From: Nitrospira japonica | GTDB lineage: Bacteria; Nitrospirota; Thermodesulfovibrionia; Thermodesulfovibrionales; SM23-35 | Assembly (NCBI GenBank): GCA_020725385.1 | Contig: DYFC01000054.1 | Location: 138-64,137 of the forward strand | DNA length: 64,000 bases | Reading direction: 5' to 3' | Shown: positions 1 to 9,988 of the stretch, in pieces | Numbering within the stretch: the stretch's first letter is position 1 | Layout: every line of letters begins with the position of its first letter | Program-made: the position numbers and the translations under genes | Notes under the pieces: generated by a model | The model's database searches: none | Told to the model about the DNA's origin: nothing | What the model saw: the letters and a program-made list of their open reading frames with translations, nothing else

Positions 1-2
1 CT

Positions 3-701
3 ATGAATAAAAGTAAGGAGTTAAAGAAAAAGTTTATGTGTTATTCATCAATTGCTGCCGGAGCACTTGCAATAGCAGGGCAGGCAGAAGCTGCAGTTGT
101 CTATAGCGGGCTACAGAATATTGTTATTAACACACCAAATACAAGCCAATTGATTGATTTAAATAACGATGGAACAAATGATTTTGGTTTCCGTTATGTT
201 TATAGTACTACTTATTTTGGTAATAGTAATAGAGGGTTCGATTTAGTACGTATTAATTATAATCAACATATAGATAGCTATTCGCATGCAGATCCCGCAC
301 GTTTACCGGGTGGATATTTGATCCAGCCTAATCTTCCTAATCAACCGGCATTTTATTGGGATACTGAAAACAATGATACTTTAGGTACATATTATGGTAG
401 TAGCACAATGGGTGTTTTCAGGGGTCAAACCGGATATATAGGTGTTCGATTTCAGAGTCAGACTTGTAATGGTTCAAATTATCATTATGGCTGGATACAG
501 TTTAGTCTGAATAATAATGCCACTTCCGGGACTATAATAGACTGGGCATATGAAACAAATTGTAATCAACCAATTCAAGCAGGTCAACAACAGGTTGCGG
601 TACCTGCATTTACACCAGCAGGGATTGCAGTTGCAGCAGGTCTTTTATCAGGAGCAGGCATAAGGGCATTAAGAAAAAGGAAAAAAGAGGAAAAGGCTTA
701 A
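3..701 (+). CDS. Secreted/surface protein with PEP-CTERM/IPTL-CTERM-like C-terminal sorting signal
   Basis: Signal peptide ending AEA-A; Tyr/Asn/Gly-rich body with DLNNDG motif; C-terminus VPAFTP + hydrophobic helix + RKRKK. Confidence 0.75.
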   Translation: MNKSKELKKKFMCYSSIAAGALAIAGQAEAAVVYSGLQNIVINTPNTSQLIDLNNDGTNDFGFRYVYSTTYFGNSNRGFDLVRINYNQHIDSYSHADPARLPGGYLIQPNLPNQPAFYWDTENNDTLGTYYGSSTMGVFRGQTGYIGVRFQSQTCNGSNYHYGWIQFSLNNNATSGTIIDWAYETNCNQPIQAGQQQVAVPAFTPAGIAVAAGLLSGAGIRALRKRKKEEKA

Positions 702-704
702 TAA

Positions 705-818
705 GATTCTGAAATAAGTTCAGAATGACAAATTTTTTATATCTCATACAATTTTTTTATATGTCATCCCGAACTTGATTCGGGATTTAAAAAATTTTGA
801 AATGAATTCAGCATGGCA
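705..818. repeat. Cluster of three REP-like palindromes in alternating orientation (BIME-like)
   Basis: GATTCTGAAataagTTCAGAATGACA (705-730), TGTCATCCCGAActtgaTTCGGGAT (762-786), degenerate copy 793-818. Confidence 0.7.
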
Positions 819-893
819 ATAACGAATAATATTTTATATTATTAAACTTTGGTTATAAGTAAAGAAAAAATCTATTCTTCATAATTATAAATA

Positions 894-3686
894 GTGACAT
901 TTAGAAAAGTTCTTTTAATTGGCTGGGATGGTGCGGACTGGAAGATAATACATCCTCTCCTTGACTCCGGAATGATGCCTAACCTTTCAAAAATGCTCAA
1001 AGAAGGGGTGATGGGCAATCTTTCAACTCTTTATCCTTCTTTGTCGCCAATGCTCTGGACATCGATAATAACGGGTAAACGTCCTTATAAGCATGGAATA
1101 CTCGGATTTATTGAACCAGAACCTTCCGGAGATGGAATAAGACCGATAACTAATATATCCCGCAAAACAAGGGCATTATGGAATATAATGACCTTGAATG
1201 GTCTAAAAAGTATTGTGGTCGGCTGGTGGCCATCGCATCCTGCTGAACCAATAAATGGAGTAATGGTTTCAAATCATTTTCAAAGAGCAGTTGCACCATT
1301 TGGCAAACCATGGCCTTTAAGTCCCGGAGCAATACACCCGGAAAGACTTATCAGGAATCTGACTTCTTTAAGAGTCCATCCACAAGAACTAGATGTGAAT
1401 TTGATACTTAACTTTCTACCAAAACTTTCTGAAATAGATCAGGAAAAGGATCACAGAGTTGAAACAGTTGCAAAGATAATTGCAGAATGCACAACAATCA
1501 ACAGAACAGTAGCTGCAATTATGCATCATGAACCAGGGGACTTTACTGCTGTTTACTTTGACGGGATTGATCATTTTTGTCATGGATTTATAAATTACCA
1601 TCCACCAAAATTATCATGGGTAAATGAAAAAGATTTCGAGTTATATAAAAATGTTGTGGAAAGTGGATACATTTATCACGATATTCTGCTCGGGACATTA
1701 TTAAAAGAAGCAGGAGAAGATACTGTTGTTATTCTTGTTTCAGATCATGGGTTTCATTCAGATAATTTAAGACCACGCAGTGTTCCAATGGAGCCTGCCG
1801 GGCCCGCTGTCCAACATAGACATTACGGAATCTTCGTTGCTAAGGGTCCTGGCATAAAAGAAGATGAGCTTGTATATGGAGCAAGTCTTCTTGATATTAC
1901 ACCAACTATACTTACAGTTATGGGTATGCCTGTTGGTGAAGACATGGACGGCAAACCACTTGTAAATATCTTCAAAGAAGAACCTGTTATCAAGACAATT
2001 CCAAGCTGGGATGATGCAAAAGGATATGACGGATGTCATCCACCAGATATTAAGATAGATCCTGTTGAAGCAAAAGAAGTTGTAGAGCAACTTGTGGCAC
2101 TTGGTTATATTGAAGAGCCTGATAGTAACAAAAAGAAGGCAGTAGAGGATTGTATCAGAGAACTTCAGTTTAATCTTGCAAGGTCTTATATGGATGCAGG
2201 GCTATATATAAAGAGTATTCCAATTCTTGAGGAGCTATACAAACTAAATCCAGATGAATATAGAATTGGCATACAGCTTGTGATGAGTTATCAGAGCATT
2301 AAAGACTTTAAAAAAGCAAGGATTTTATTAGAAGAAATCTTAGAGAGAAAAAAGAATAACGCAAAGAAGGCTCAAATAGAACTAAGAGAGTTCAGAAAAA
2401 CACTAAAAGACAAACCTTCTGAGAAATGGACAAAAGAAGAACAGGGAAAGTTCAGAAAACTCAGAAAAGAAGCGGGTATTAATATAGCTTCTTCAGAATT
2501 CTTATTAGGGAATCTTCTTGTTGAAGAAGGAAAGCATGAGGAGGCATTAGAGCATCTAAAAAAGGCTGAAGAAAAAGATAAGATGCGCCCTGATTTATAC
2601 AGTAGGCTTGGTGATGTGTATCTGAAGATTGAGAGATTATCGGATGCTGAAGCAAATTTCAAAAAGGCATTAGAGATTGACTCTGAAAATTCTGAAGCAC
2701 ATCTTGGACTCTGTAGAGTTTATTTGAAGCAGAAAAGAAATTTAGATGCAATTGATGAAGGACTCGCATCCATAGGATTAATATTCCACAATCCAAATGC
2801 ACATTACTATATCGGGGTAGCTTTTCATAGGCTGGGTAAGCTTATTGAAGCAATACAGGCTTTGAAGATTTCAATTTCCCAAAATCCTAACTTTGTTCAA
2901 GCTCACAAAAGGCTGGTACACATATATAGAAATAGGCTGAAAGATGAATTATTGGCAGAAAAACATGAAAAGTTTGCAAAAGAATCAGAAGAGAAAATAA
3001 AGAATATTCAAAAAACAGTGGAAGATATAAATTCCAAAAATAAAGCAGAATATGCTGAAACTTCTTTGACATCTGATCTTACATCTTTGATGGAGATGCA
3101 GAAGAAATTAATTGATAAACCATTTGATATTAAAAATACAATAGTTATTGTTACAGGATTGCCCCGCTCCGGAACATCAATGCTTATGCAGATGCTTGGA
3201 AAAGGTGGCATGGAGATATTTACCGATGAGGTTAGAAAAGCAGATGAAAATAACCCAAAAGGGTATTTTGAATATGAAGGAGTGAAAAGTTTAAAAAGAG
3301 AAAATAGCTGGTTAAAAGATGCTAAAGGTAAAGCTATAAAGATTGTTGTTCCTGTTATACAATATTTACCACGTCTTAAAAATATTGATTACAGAGTGAT
3401 ATTTGTTGAGCGTGAGCTTGATGAGGTTGTAGCCTCACAAAAAAGTATGCTTAAAAATCATGTCAACAAACTTAGCAATTCAAGTGTTAAAAAATTATTA
3501 TCCCAGCAGGTTCATCTTACGAAAGTTATGCTTGCGTTAAGGGAAATTCCAACTTTGTATATTAATTATAATAAGACACTTTCCAACCCTGATGAGATTG
3601 CAAACAAAATCAATGCATTTCTCGGAAGTTCATTGAATATATCGAGCATGATTGAATCAGTTATTCCTTCACTTAAAAGACATTAA
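894..3686 (+). CDS. Alkaline phosphatase/NPP-family domain + TPR repeats + sulfotransferase domain fusion
   Basis: IGWDGAD, PSLSPMLWTSIITG, DHFCH, VSDHGF (AlkP superfamily); central TPR-like helices; GLPRSGTS PAPS-binding loop and NPKGYFE in C-terminal domain. Confidence 0.85.
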   Translation: MTFRKVLLIGWDGADWKIIHPLLDSGMMPNLSKMLKEGVMGNLSTLYPSLSPMLWTSIITGKRPYKHGILGFIEPEPSGDGIRPITNISRKTRALWNIMTLNGLKSIVVGWWPSHPAEPINGVMVSNHFQRAVAPFGKPWPLSPGAIHPERLIRNLTSLRVHPQELDVNLILNFLPKLSEIDQEKDHRVETVAKIIAECTTINRTVAAIMHHEPGDFTAVYFDGIDHFCHGFINYHPPKLSWVNEKDFELYKNVVESGYIYHDILLGTLLKEAGEDTVVILVSDHGFHSDNLRPRSVPMEPAGPAVQHRHYGIFVAKGPGIKEDELVYGASLLDITPTILTVMGMPVGEDMDGKPLVNIFKEEPVIKTIPSWDDAKGYDGCHPPDIKIDPVEAKEVVEQLVALGYIEEPDSNKKKAVEDCIRELQFNLARSYMDAGLYIKSIPILEELYKLNPDEYRIGIQLVMSYQSIKDFKKARILLEEILERKKNNAKKAQIELREFRKTLKDKPSEKWTKEEQGKFRKLRKEAGINIASSEFLLGNLLVEEGKHEEALEHLKKAEEKDKMRPDLYSRLGDVYLKIERLSDAEANFKKALEIDSENSEAHLGLCRVYLKQKRNLDAIDEGLASIGLIFHNPNAHYYIGVAFHRLGKLIEAIQALKISISQNPNFVQAHKRLVHIYRNRLKDELLAEKHEKFAKESEEKIKNIQKTVEDINSKNKAEYAETSLTSDLTSLMEMQKKLIDKPFDIKNTIVIVTGLPRSGTSMLMQMLGKGGMEIFTDEVRKADENNPKGYFEYEGVKSLKRENSWLKDAKGKAIKIVVPVIQYLPRLKNIDYRVIFVERELDEVVASQKSMLKNHVNKLSNSSVKKLLSQQVHLTKVMLALREIPTLYINYNKTLSNPDEIANKINAFLGSSLNISSMIESVIPSLKRH

Positions 3687-3722
3687 CCCATTACTTGTTA
3701 TGTTTTAGCAATGTCTTCATTT

Positions 3723-4631
3723 TTAGGTTTGAACATTTTTCATTTTTTCAGCCAGTTCATTTAAGACAGATTCAACAGTAATCGGGTCACGGCCGGTTAT
3801 TTCTTTAAATCTATTCCTGGATGGTATTGTGTTTGTTCTAAGTCCTTCAGCGAGTGCAATTGCTACTGTATTTTTAACCCCTGTTATTAATTCTATCCAT
3901 AATGCAGAAAGTTTTATCGCAAACAATGGTAATGGAATTATTATATTTCCGAAGCCTCTGATTGACTTTCCACATAAAGATAATAAGTCTTTATACCTTA
4001 TTATATCCGAGCCTATCTCAAAAATTTCGTGTCCGTGAATGTCTTTTTCAATGAGAAAAGAAATAAAGCTTACCGCGTCCTTCAGTGCAATTGGCGCACA
4101 GTATGAATTCAACCATTTTGGAGTAATCATAATAGGCAGTCTTTTTGCAAGATAATAAATTATTTGATATGAGGCGCTACAAGTCTCTAAAAGAATACTT
4201 GCCCTGACTTCTGCGAGCGGAACACCATAAGAAGCAAGAGTCTGTCCTGTTTTCATTCTACTCGTTAGATGGGGAGAAGCATTTTCATTTTCTGGAACAA
4301 TCCCTCCGAGATAGATAATTTTTTTTACTCCCATTTTCTTAGCAGCATTTCCAGCAGCGCTTGCAAGTTTTATATCAAGTGTTTCAAAATCTTTTGCACC
4401 AAGTGAATGTATAAGGTATATAAGAATATCAGCATTTTCCATAAAACTTTCTGTAGATTTTTGAGAAAAAAGATCAACCTTTTTCCAAAGAAGTCTCTTG
4501 TCTTTTATACTATCCGGTATCTCCTCTTCTAAACGATATGAACCCGTAATAATTAATTCTTTTTTCTCAAGCAGACTACGAATAAGATTTGTTCCAACAC
4601 AACCCGGCGCTCCAAGAATTGATACATTCAT
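3723..4631 (-). CDS. NAD(P)-binding SDR/epimerase-like protein (YbjT-like)
   Basis: GAPGCVG Rossmann motif, YLIHSL, IIYLGG, HLTSR. Confidence 0.75.
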   Translation of the reverse strand: MNVSILGAPGCVGTNLIRSLLEKKELIITGSYRLEEEIPDSIKDKRLLWKKVDLFSQKSTESFMENADILIYLIHSLGAKDFETLDIKLASAAGNAAKKMGVKKIIYLGGIVPENENASPHLTSRMKTGQTLASYGVPLAEVRASILLETCSASYQIIYYLAKRLPIMITPKWLNSYCAPIALKDAVSFISFLIEKDIHGHEIFEIGSDIIRYKDLLSLCGKSIRGFGNIIIPLPLFAIKLSALWIELITGVKNTVAIALAEGLRTNTIPSRNRFKEITGRDPITVESVLNELAEKMKNVQT

Positions 4632-4652
4632 TTTTTATTTCCTTAAACCATG

Positions 4653-5447
4653 TTAGTACAGATTATACATCTCCGGTCTTCTGTCTTTAAACAAATCGTT
4701 ATATTTGTTTAGTTGTTTATCTCTTGCTTTTGCAGGATCAATTTCAATTATTGAGAATACTTCTTCATCTTCAGGAGCGCGAAAAAGTATCTGCCCATCA
4801 TAGCCTGTGATTTGGCTCTGTCCTATATATTTCAATTCCTGCTCTGGTTTTCTGTTCTCAATTCCTATTCTGTTTGATGTTACAGCAAAAACTCTGTTTT
4901 CAAGACATCTGACCGGCATAGACTGAGGGCAATACGGAAGAACCAGATTTGCTGGATGAGCAATAATTTCAGCACCTTTTAAAGCAAGGGTCCTCATTGC
5001 TTCGGGGAAAAACCAGTCAAAACAAATCATAATCCCTATACAACCGATGCTTGTATCCCAGACTTTAAATCCTGTATCACCTGGTTGAAAAAAGAGTTTC
5101 TCTTCATAGAAAAGATGTGTTTTTCTATATGTTCCGATGTAACCCTCCGGACCTGTTAAGATAGCGCTGTTATAAAATAAATTTCCATCACGTTCAGGAA
5201 GACCTGCCACAATATAACATGATTTTTTACGTGATAAATCTGATAAAGCTATTGTTGTTTTGCCATCCGGTATCGGCTCAGAAAGTTCAGATACCTCGTC
5301 CCTTGTAAGAAATTGATAGCCTGTTGCAAAAAATTCTGGAAGTACGAGGAAATCAAAGGTTGATTCAGTTAAAATTTTCAGCACTATTTCGAGATTTTTG
5401 TCTTTTTTCCCGAATTCAGGGTTAAATTGATAAAAACCTGCTTTCAA
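4653..5447 (-). CDS. Carbon-nitrogen hydrolase (nitrilase superfamily)
   Basis: Glu-Lys-Cys triad: LPEF, YRKTHL, ICFDW. Confidence 0.9.
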   Translation of the reverse strand: MKAGFYQFNPEFGKKDKNLEIVLKILTESTFDFLVLPEFFATGYQFLTRDEVSELSEPIPDGKTTIALSDLSRKKSCYIVAGLPERDGNLFYNSAILTGPEGYIGTYRKTHLFYEEKLFFQPGDTGFKVWDTSIGCIGIMICFDWFFPEAMRTLALKGAEIIAHPANLVLPYCPQSMPVRCLENRVFAVTSNRIGIENRKPEQELKYIGQSQITGYDGQILFRAPEDEEVFSIIEIDPAKARDKQLNKYNDLFKDRRPEMYNLY

Positions 5448-5882
5448 TTATTTTTTCATGCTCCTAAATTTATCAAGTTGTACAATTTTTTCATCTGTCT
5501 TGATTTCAGTTTCCCGGGTTTTAGATTCCCCATCTTTCCGGATGACTTTTTGGTTTTCCAGAATATCCCATCTGTCGAGCTTAATACGCGCATCAGGTGA
5601 AAAAACAGAGAGAATATCATCAGAATATATAAAACATCTTTCAGGTCTATTGCCTGTACCAAATCCAAGAGTTGTAATAATGTCACCATTATCTGTCCAT
5701 TCGAGATCTCTATGGTTTTTCTGGTTGAAAACTAAGATAAGCCCTTGTTTTTTTTCTTCTTCAGTAAAGCCTCTCTTGCCTATAATTGTTTTTTCAGAGT
5801 ATTTGACAATCAAATACACCCTTCCGTAATCATTAAGCAACTCATAGAATAATGTCTGGAGGTATTTAATTTGATTCTTCAT
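5448..5882 (-). CDS. SspB-like ClpXP adaptor / hypothetical protein
   Basis: LILVF...LEW...TLGF...E.C.I pattern; C-terminal KIVQLDKFR resembles the ClpX-binding tail of alphaproteobacterial SspB. Confidence 0.55.
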   Translation of the reverse strand: MKNQIKYLQTLFYELLNDYGRVYLIVKYSEKTIIGKRGFTEEEKKQGLILVFNQKNHRDLEWTDNGDIITTLGFGTGNRPERCFIYSDDILSVFSPDARIKLDRWDILENQKVIRKDGESKTRETEIKTDEKIVQLDKFRSMKK

Positions 5883-5884
5883 AA

Positions 5885-7207
5885 TTATATAAATTTAATG
5901 TTTAATAAATGCGTCGAACAGGATATACACGGATCATATGCTCTTACAAGCATTTCAGAAAGAAGGGTTATTTCTTCTTTACTTTTATCGAGTATTTCAG
6001 GTATTAACTTCATTAAATCGTATTCTATATTTCCTGTATTTTGATTCGTTGGGATTATACAGTTTGCATTCCTGATATAACCTTTTTCATCTGTCTGATA
6101 ATTGTGAAAAAGAATACCTCTTGGCACCTCTACAGCGCCCACTCCATTCCCTTCTCTTACAGGAATTTTACTGTTTTCATTTAATCCCACAACTATCTGT
6201 TCATCATGATTGATTTTTGTTTTCTTAAATTCTTCAAGTATCCCGATTGCATGTTCAAGACAATGCACACACTCGACAAGTTGTGCAGCGGTGTTTAAAA
6301 AAGGATTTATACATTTAGGCTTTAAACCTAACATTTCTGCGACTCTTTTGGCTTCTGGCAAAAGCTTCTCATAATTAAGATTAAACCTTGCAAGCGCGCC
6401 TACTGCATATGATTCTCTACTAAGCTTTGTTCGCTTGGCAGTTGAATGTGGCACAATAAATTCATTTGTAATTTTTCTGTAATCATTTTTATTTAATCTA
6501 ATTCCATCTGTAGAACCAACATCTCCAGAAAGCAATGGATATTCTCCATCATCACTTACAAGAGCAACATATTCAGTATCTCTTCCAAATTTCGGGAATT
6601 CCAATTTAGAGATAAGGTTAACAGTTTCTTCCATATCAGGTCTCATCCCTTGCAATAGACCGAGCATGTTTTCTATATCTTTTTCTCCCGGTAATTTTGT
6701 GAATCCACCTACAATTGCTGATATCGGATGAACATGCCTGCCGACAAGAATATCACAAACATCATTACATGTTTTTTTCATTCTTAAAGCTCTGCGTACA
6801 ACTTCATTATGACTGCTTATTAAAGGCACAAAACTCTTGACGCCAAGAAGATCAGGCGCAACGAGCAAGTATATATGCAACAAATGACTGTCAAGCATCT
6901 CAAGATCGAGCAAGATTTTTCTTAATTTTATTGTCTGTTCGGTTGGAATTATTCCAAGTGCATCCTCTGCTGCCTGAATTGAAGCAAGCGTATGTCCACA
7001 CGCACAAATTCCACAAATTCTGCTTGTAATGTGTTGTGCTTCGAATATAGATCTTCCGCGTAACATTCCTTCAAAAAATCTCGGGGATTCTACTATTTCG
7101 AGTTTGCAGGTCTCGAGCTTTCCTTCTTTAACATTTATGACAATATTGCCATGACCTTCAACCCTTGTGAGATATTCAACATTAATATTAAGGTTTTGTA
7201 TTGGCAT
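5885..7207 (-). CDS. hydA: Group 3b [NiFe]-hydrogenase large (alpha) subunit
   Basis: TRVEGHG, RICGIC (L1), EVPRG, DPCISCSTH (L2) + 7-aa tail. Confidence 0.95.
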   Translation of the reverse strand: MPIQNLNINVEYLTRVEGHGNIVINVKEGKLETCKLEIVESPRFFEGMLRGRSIFEAQHITSRICGICACGHTLASIQAAEDALGIIPTEQTIKLRKILLDLEMLDSHLLHIYLLVAPDLLGVKSFVPLISSHNEVVRRALRMKKTCNDVCDILVGRHVHPISAIVGGFTKLPGEKDIENMLGLLQGMRPDMEETVNLISKLEFPKFGRDTEYVALVSDDGEYPLLSGDVGSTDGIRLNKNDYRKITNEFIVPHSTAKRTKLSRESYAVGALARFNLNYEKLLPEAKRVAEMLGLKPKCINPFLNTAAQLVECVHCLEHAIGILEEFKKTKINHDEQIVVGLNENSKIPVREGNGVGAVEVPRGILFHNYQTDEKGYIRNANCIIPTNQNTGNIEYDLMKLIPEILDKSKEEITLLSEMLVRAYDPCISCSTHLLNIKFI

Positions 7208-7208
7208 C

Positions 7209-7949
7209 TTAAACGATCTCCCTGCATTTGTTATACATATTCATTTTATTCATGATTAACTCAATAGGGATATTATATTTAGCCAGAATATCCTGTGCGC
7301 TTTTTTCATTTGGATTGCTAACCATCCCTCTACAACCATAACAAATATTTCCGTTGTTTATACACCATGAATTGCACCCTGCTCGCGTAAGGGGACCAAG
7401 ACATGTTATCCCTTTTGCATACATGCAAACGTTTTCATTGAGTTTACATTCAACACAAACAGCATAATCAGGCACATAATAAGGTATCCCCTGAAGAACG
7501 GCTTTAAGAACAGTTACAAACTCAGGGATATAAACAGGACAACCATTTACAAAATAATCAACCTTTACTACCTGATGGACTGCTTTGGTAATTTCTGTCG
7601 GGAAAAATTTATAGCTTTCTCCATAAACATATTTCCTTATATCATCAAGCTCAAAATTGTTTTTCATTCCGTTGACCCCGCCGATTGTAGCACATGAACC
7701 ATAAGCTAAAAGTATGTCCGTTTTCTTTCTAATCTTTTTTATTCTTTTAACAGCATGGTTATCTGTAATACTTCCTTCGATGATTGCTACATCGTATTTT
7801 TTATCCCATTTTTCTGACATTACTTCCCGCCATTCAACAACATCAAAAGCAGCAAGAACATCAAGAACGCCTTCGCCCATATTGGCTACCTGTAACTGGC
7901 AGCCTTCGCAACATGCAAAATCAAAGAATGCTATTTTTGGCTTTTTCAT
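7209..7949 (-). CDS. hydD: [NiFe]-hydrogenase small (delta) subunit
   Basis: CCEGC, IEGS, GSCA, GCP, C-terminal Cys cluster. Confidence 0.93.
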   Translation of the reverse strand: MKKPKIAFFDFACCEGCQLQVANMGEGVLDVLAAFDVVEWREVMSEKWDKKYDVAIIEGSITDNHAVKRIKKIRKKTDILLAYGSCATIGGVNGMKNNFELDDIRKYVYGESYKFFPTEITKAVHQVVKVDYFVNGCPVYIPEFVTVLKAVLQGIPYYVPDYAVCVECKLNENVCMYAKGITCLGPLTRAGCNSWCINNGNICYGCRGMVSNPNEKSAQDILAKYNIPIELIMNKMNMYNKCREIV

Positions 7950-7950
7950 A

Positions 7951-8787
7951 TTAAATAGCCTCGCTCAAATTTTTAATCTGTTCGTAATTGAAAACAGGTC
8001 CGTCCTGACAGCAATATAAATTCTGTATCTGGCAGCGTCCGCACTTGCCATTTCCACATTTCATATTCCTCTCAAAAGAAAGTAGTATATTGCGTTCGGG
8101 AACTCCCTTAACAATCAATTCTTTTATTACAAAATTGTACATAACTGGAGGGCCAACAACCGCAGCAAAGGTTCTTGAAGGCTCTATATCTACACCCGGT
8201 ATAAGAGTTGTAATTACACCTACATTACCTGCCCAATCAGGTGAAGCTCTGTCAACTGTACATGAATAATGTATATCAGCCCGTTTATTCCATTGTTCGA
8301 GCTCATCGCTAAAAAGCATATCTTTTGGTTCTTTGCAACCAAAAAGCAAATGGACTTTGCCAAAATCACGGCGGTTATCAAGCACATAGGTAATTAATGA
8401 CCTTAAAGGCGCAAGCCCGAGGCCACCTGCGATAACAAGTAGATCATTCCCTTCAAGTATCCTGACAGGGAACCCCCTGCCATACGGGCCTCTGATACCT
8501 ACCTCATCACCTTTTTTAAGTTTATGCATACTTCTTGTTACCTTGCCAACAGCTCTAACGCATAATTCAAAATAATCAGAAATCATGGGAGAGGAACACA
8601 CAGAAATTGGTATTTCTCCAATTCCATAAAGAGATACCATAACAAACTGCCCTGGCTCGTGGTCAAGTCTTCCTTTATTTTTAAGCACCACTCTGAACAA
8701 TTTTTCGTTTTCTGTCAATTTCTTTATATCTACTATTTCGGCTTTTTCCGATTTATACGATGAATATTTTAGAGCCATCTTTTCCAT
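7951..8787 (-). CDS. hydG: Hydrogenase gamma subunit, FAD/NAD(P)-binding with 2Fe-2S
   Basis: PGQF, RGPYG, AGGLGLAP, GPPVM, MKCGNGKCGRC...CQDGPVF. Confidence 0.92.
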   Translation of the reverse strand: MEKMALKYSSYKSEKAEIVDIKKLTENEKLFRVVLKNKGRLDHEPGQFVMVSLYGIGEIPISVCSSPMISDYFELCVRAVGKVTRSMHKLKKGDEVGIRGPYGRGFPVRILEGNDLLVIAGGLGLAPLRSLITYVLDNRRDFGKVHLLFGCKEPKDMLFSDELEQWNKRADIHYSCTVDRASPDWAGNVGVITTLIPGVDIEPSRTFAAVVGPPVMYNFVIKELIVKGVPERNILLSFERNMKCGNGKCGRCQIQNLYCCQDGPVFNYEQIKNLSEAI

Positions 8788-9836
8788 ACTCTATCCTCGC
8801 TCTCCTTGACAAGTTGGTTGAGAGTTTCTTTCAGACTTATGTTTGCCATACACGTCCGGGTACACCTTCCGCAGCCTGTACAAAAGAACCGGGAAAACTT
8901 ATCAACAGGATAGCGGAATTTACGATAATACCTGTGGCGCTGCCTTACAAATCTTTCTTTCCTAAAGTTAAAGCCGCCTGCAACTTTGGCAAAAGGTTCA
9001 AGCTGGCAGGAATCCCAGACACGGTATCTTCTGCCGTGTTTCATATCAAGCTCTAATTCATCTCTTATGTCAAAGCAATAACACGTTGGGCAAACATTTG
9101 TACAATTTCCGCATGAAAGGCATCTTTCTCCGATCTCTTTCCAGACATTTGACCTGAAAGATCTATCGAATAACTCAGGTATATGTCTTCGTTCAATTGG
9201 GACCTCATTACTAAAAACTTTTCTCTTATTTTCTCTGATTTTTGTTAATTCGTTAAGATGTAATGACTCAGCTTTATTAAAAATTTCTGTAATATTTACA
9301 ATTTCTTCTCCGGATTCAGTATTAATATGAACTATAAAATACTCTCCTGCATCGGTAAATAAAAGGTCATATCCACCTGATGGAAAACTTGCATTTACAA
9401 GATGACAGCTTGCAAATTCATCACAGTATTCATTGCATTCAAGGCCGATAATTGTAATAAAATTTTTTCTCGCTAAATAGTTGTAATCTTTTGGCCGCTC
9501 GGATAAAGCCATATTCAGACACTGAATCCCTGCTATATCGCAGGTATGAAGTCCAAACAAAGTTAAAGATTCATACTCAATAAATGCTTCAACATTAGAT
9601 TTTTTACCTGTACTAAATTCAAGCAAGGTTTCATTCCGGGGCATAAAATATTTCTTAGCAGGAAGTATAGTCGGAATATATTTTAATGCTATCTGTTCCC
9701 CTGATCTGACTTCTTCATAGGCAAAATTATTGTAGCCTTTTGCGATAGGAGCTATAAGCTTTTTTATTCCTGCAAGCCTTACTATAAAATCATTGAAAAG
9801 TTCTTTTTTAAGTACAACATATTGATATTCTTCCAT
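8769..9836 (-). CDS. hydB: Hydrogenase beta subunit, 4Fe-4S (AsrA-like)
   Basis: CLSCGNCTNVCPTCYC, WDSC, CTGCGRCTRTC. Confidence 0.92.
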   Translation of the reverse strand: MEEYQYVVLKKELFNDFIVRLAGIKKLIAPIAKGYNNFAYEEVRSGEQIALKYIPTILPAKKYFMPRNETLLEFSTGKKSNVEAFIEYESLTLFGLHTCDIAGIQCLNMALSERPKDYNYLARKNFITIIGLECNEYCDEFASCHLVNASFPSGGYDLLFTDAGEYFIVHINTESGEEIVNITEIFNKAESLHLNELTKIRENKRKVFSNEVPIERRHIPELFDRSFRSNVWKEIGERCLSCGNCTNVCPTCYCFDIRDELELDMKHGRRYRVWDSCQLEPFAKVAGGFNFRKERFVRQRHRYYRKFRYPVDKFSRFFCTGCGRCTRTCMANISLKETLNQLVKESEDRVWKRWL

Positions 9837-9880
9837 ACCCGCCTCTTTTAAATTTTACTTTTTACCAAATATATTATTTT

Positions 9881-9910
9881 ACTGTAGATATATTCAAAAT
9901 AAGAAGTCAA
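9881..9910 (-). promoter_or_regulatory. Candidate sigma70 promoter of hydrogenase operon
   Basis: TTGACT-N18-TACAGT on minus strand, about 45 nt upstream of hydB. Confidence 0.4.
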
Positions 9911-9988
9911 GTAAAGTTTATTTAAGCATGGGTTTTCATAAATCTTTGTTTTTTGTTAAATTAAACAAAATTGTTAAATTTTTATTTT

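Noticed and set aside
5885-7207. [NiFeSe] hydrogenase with recoded TGA
   Set aside because: The L2 motif is DPCISC with ordinary Cys codons
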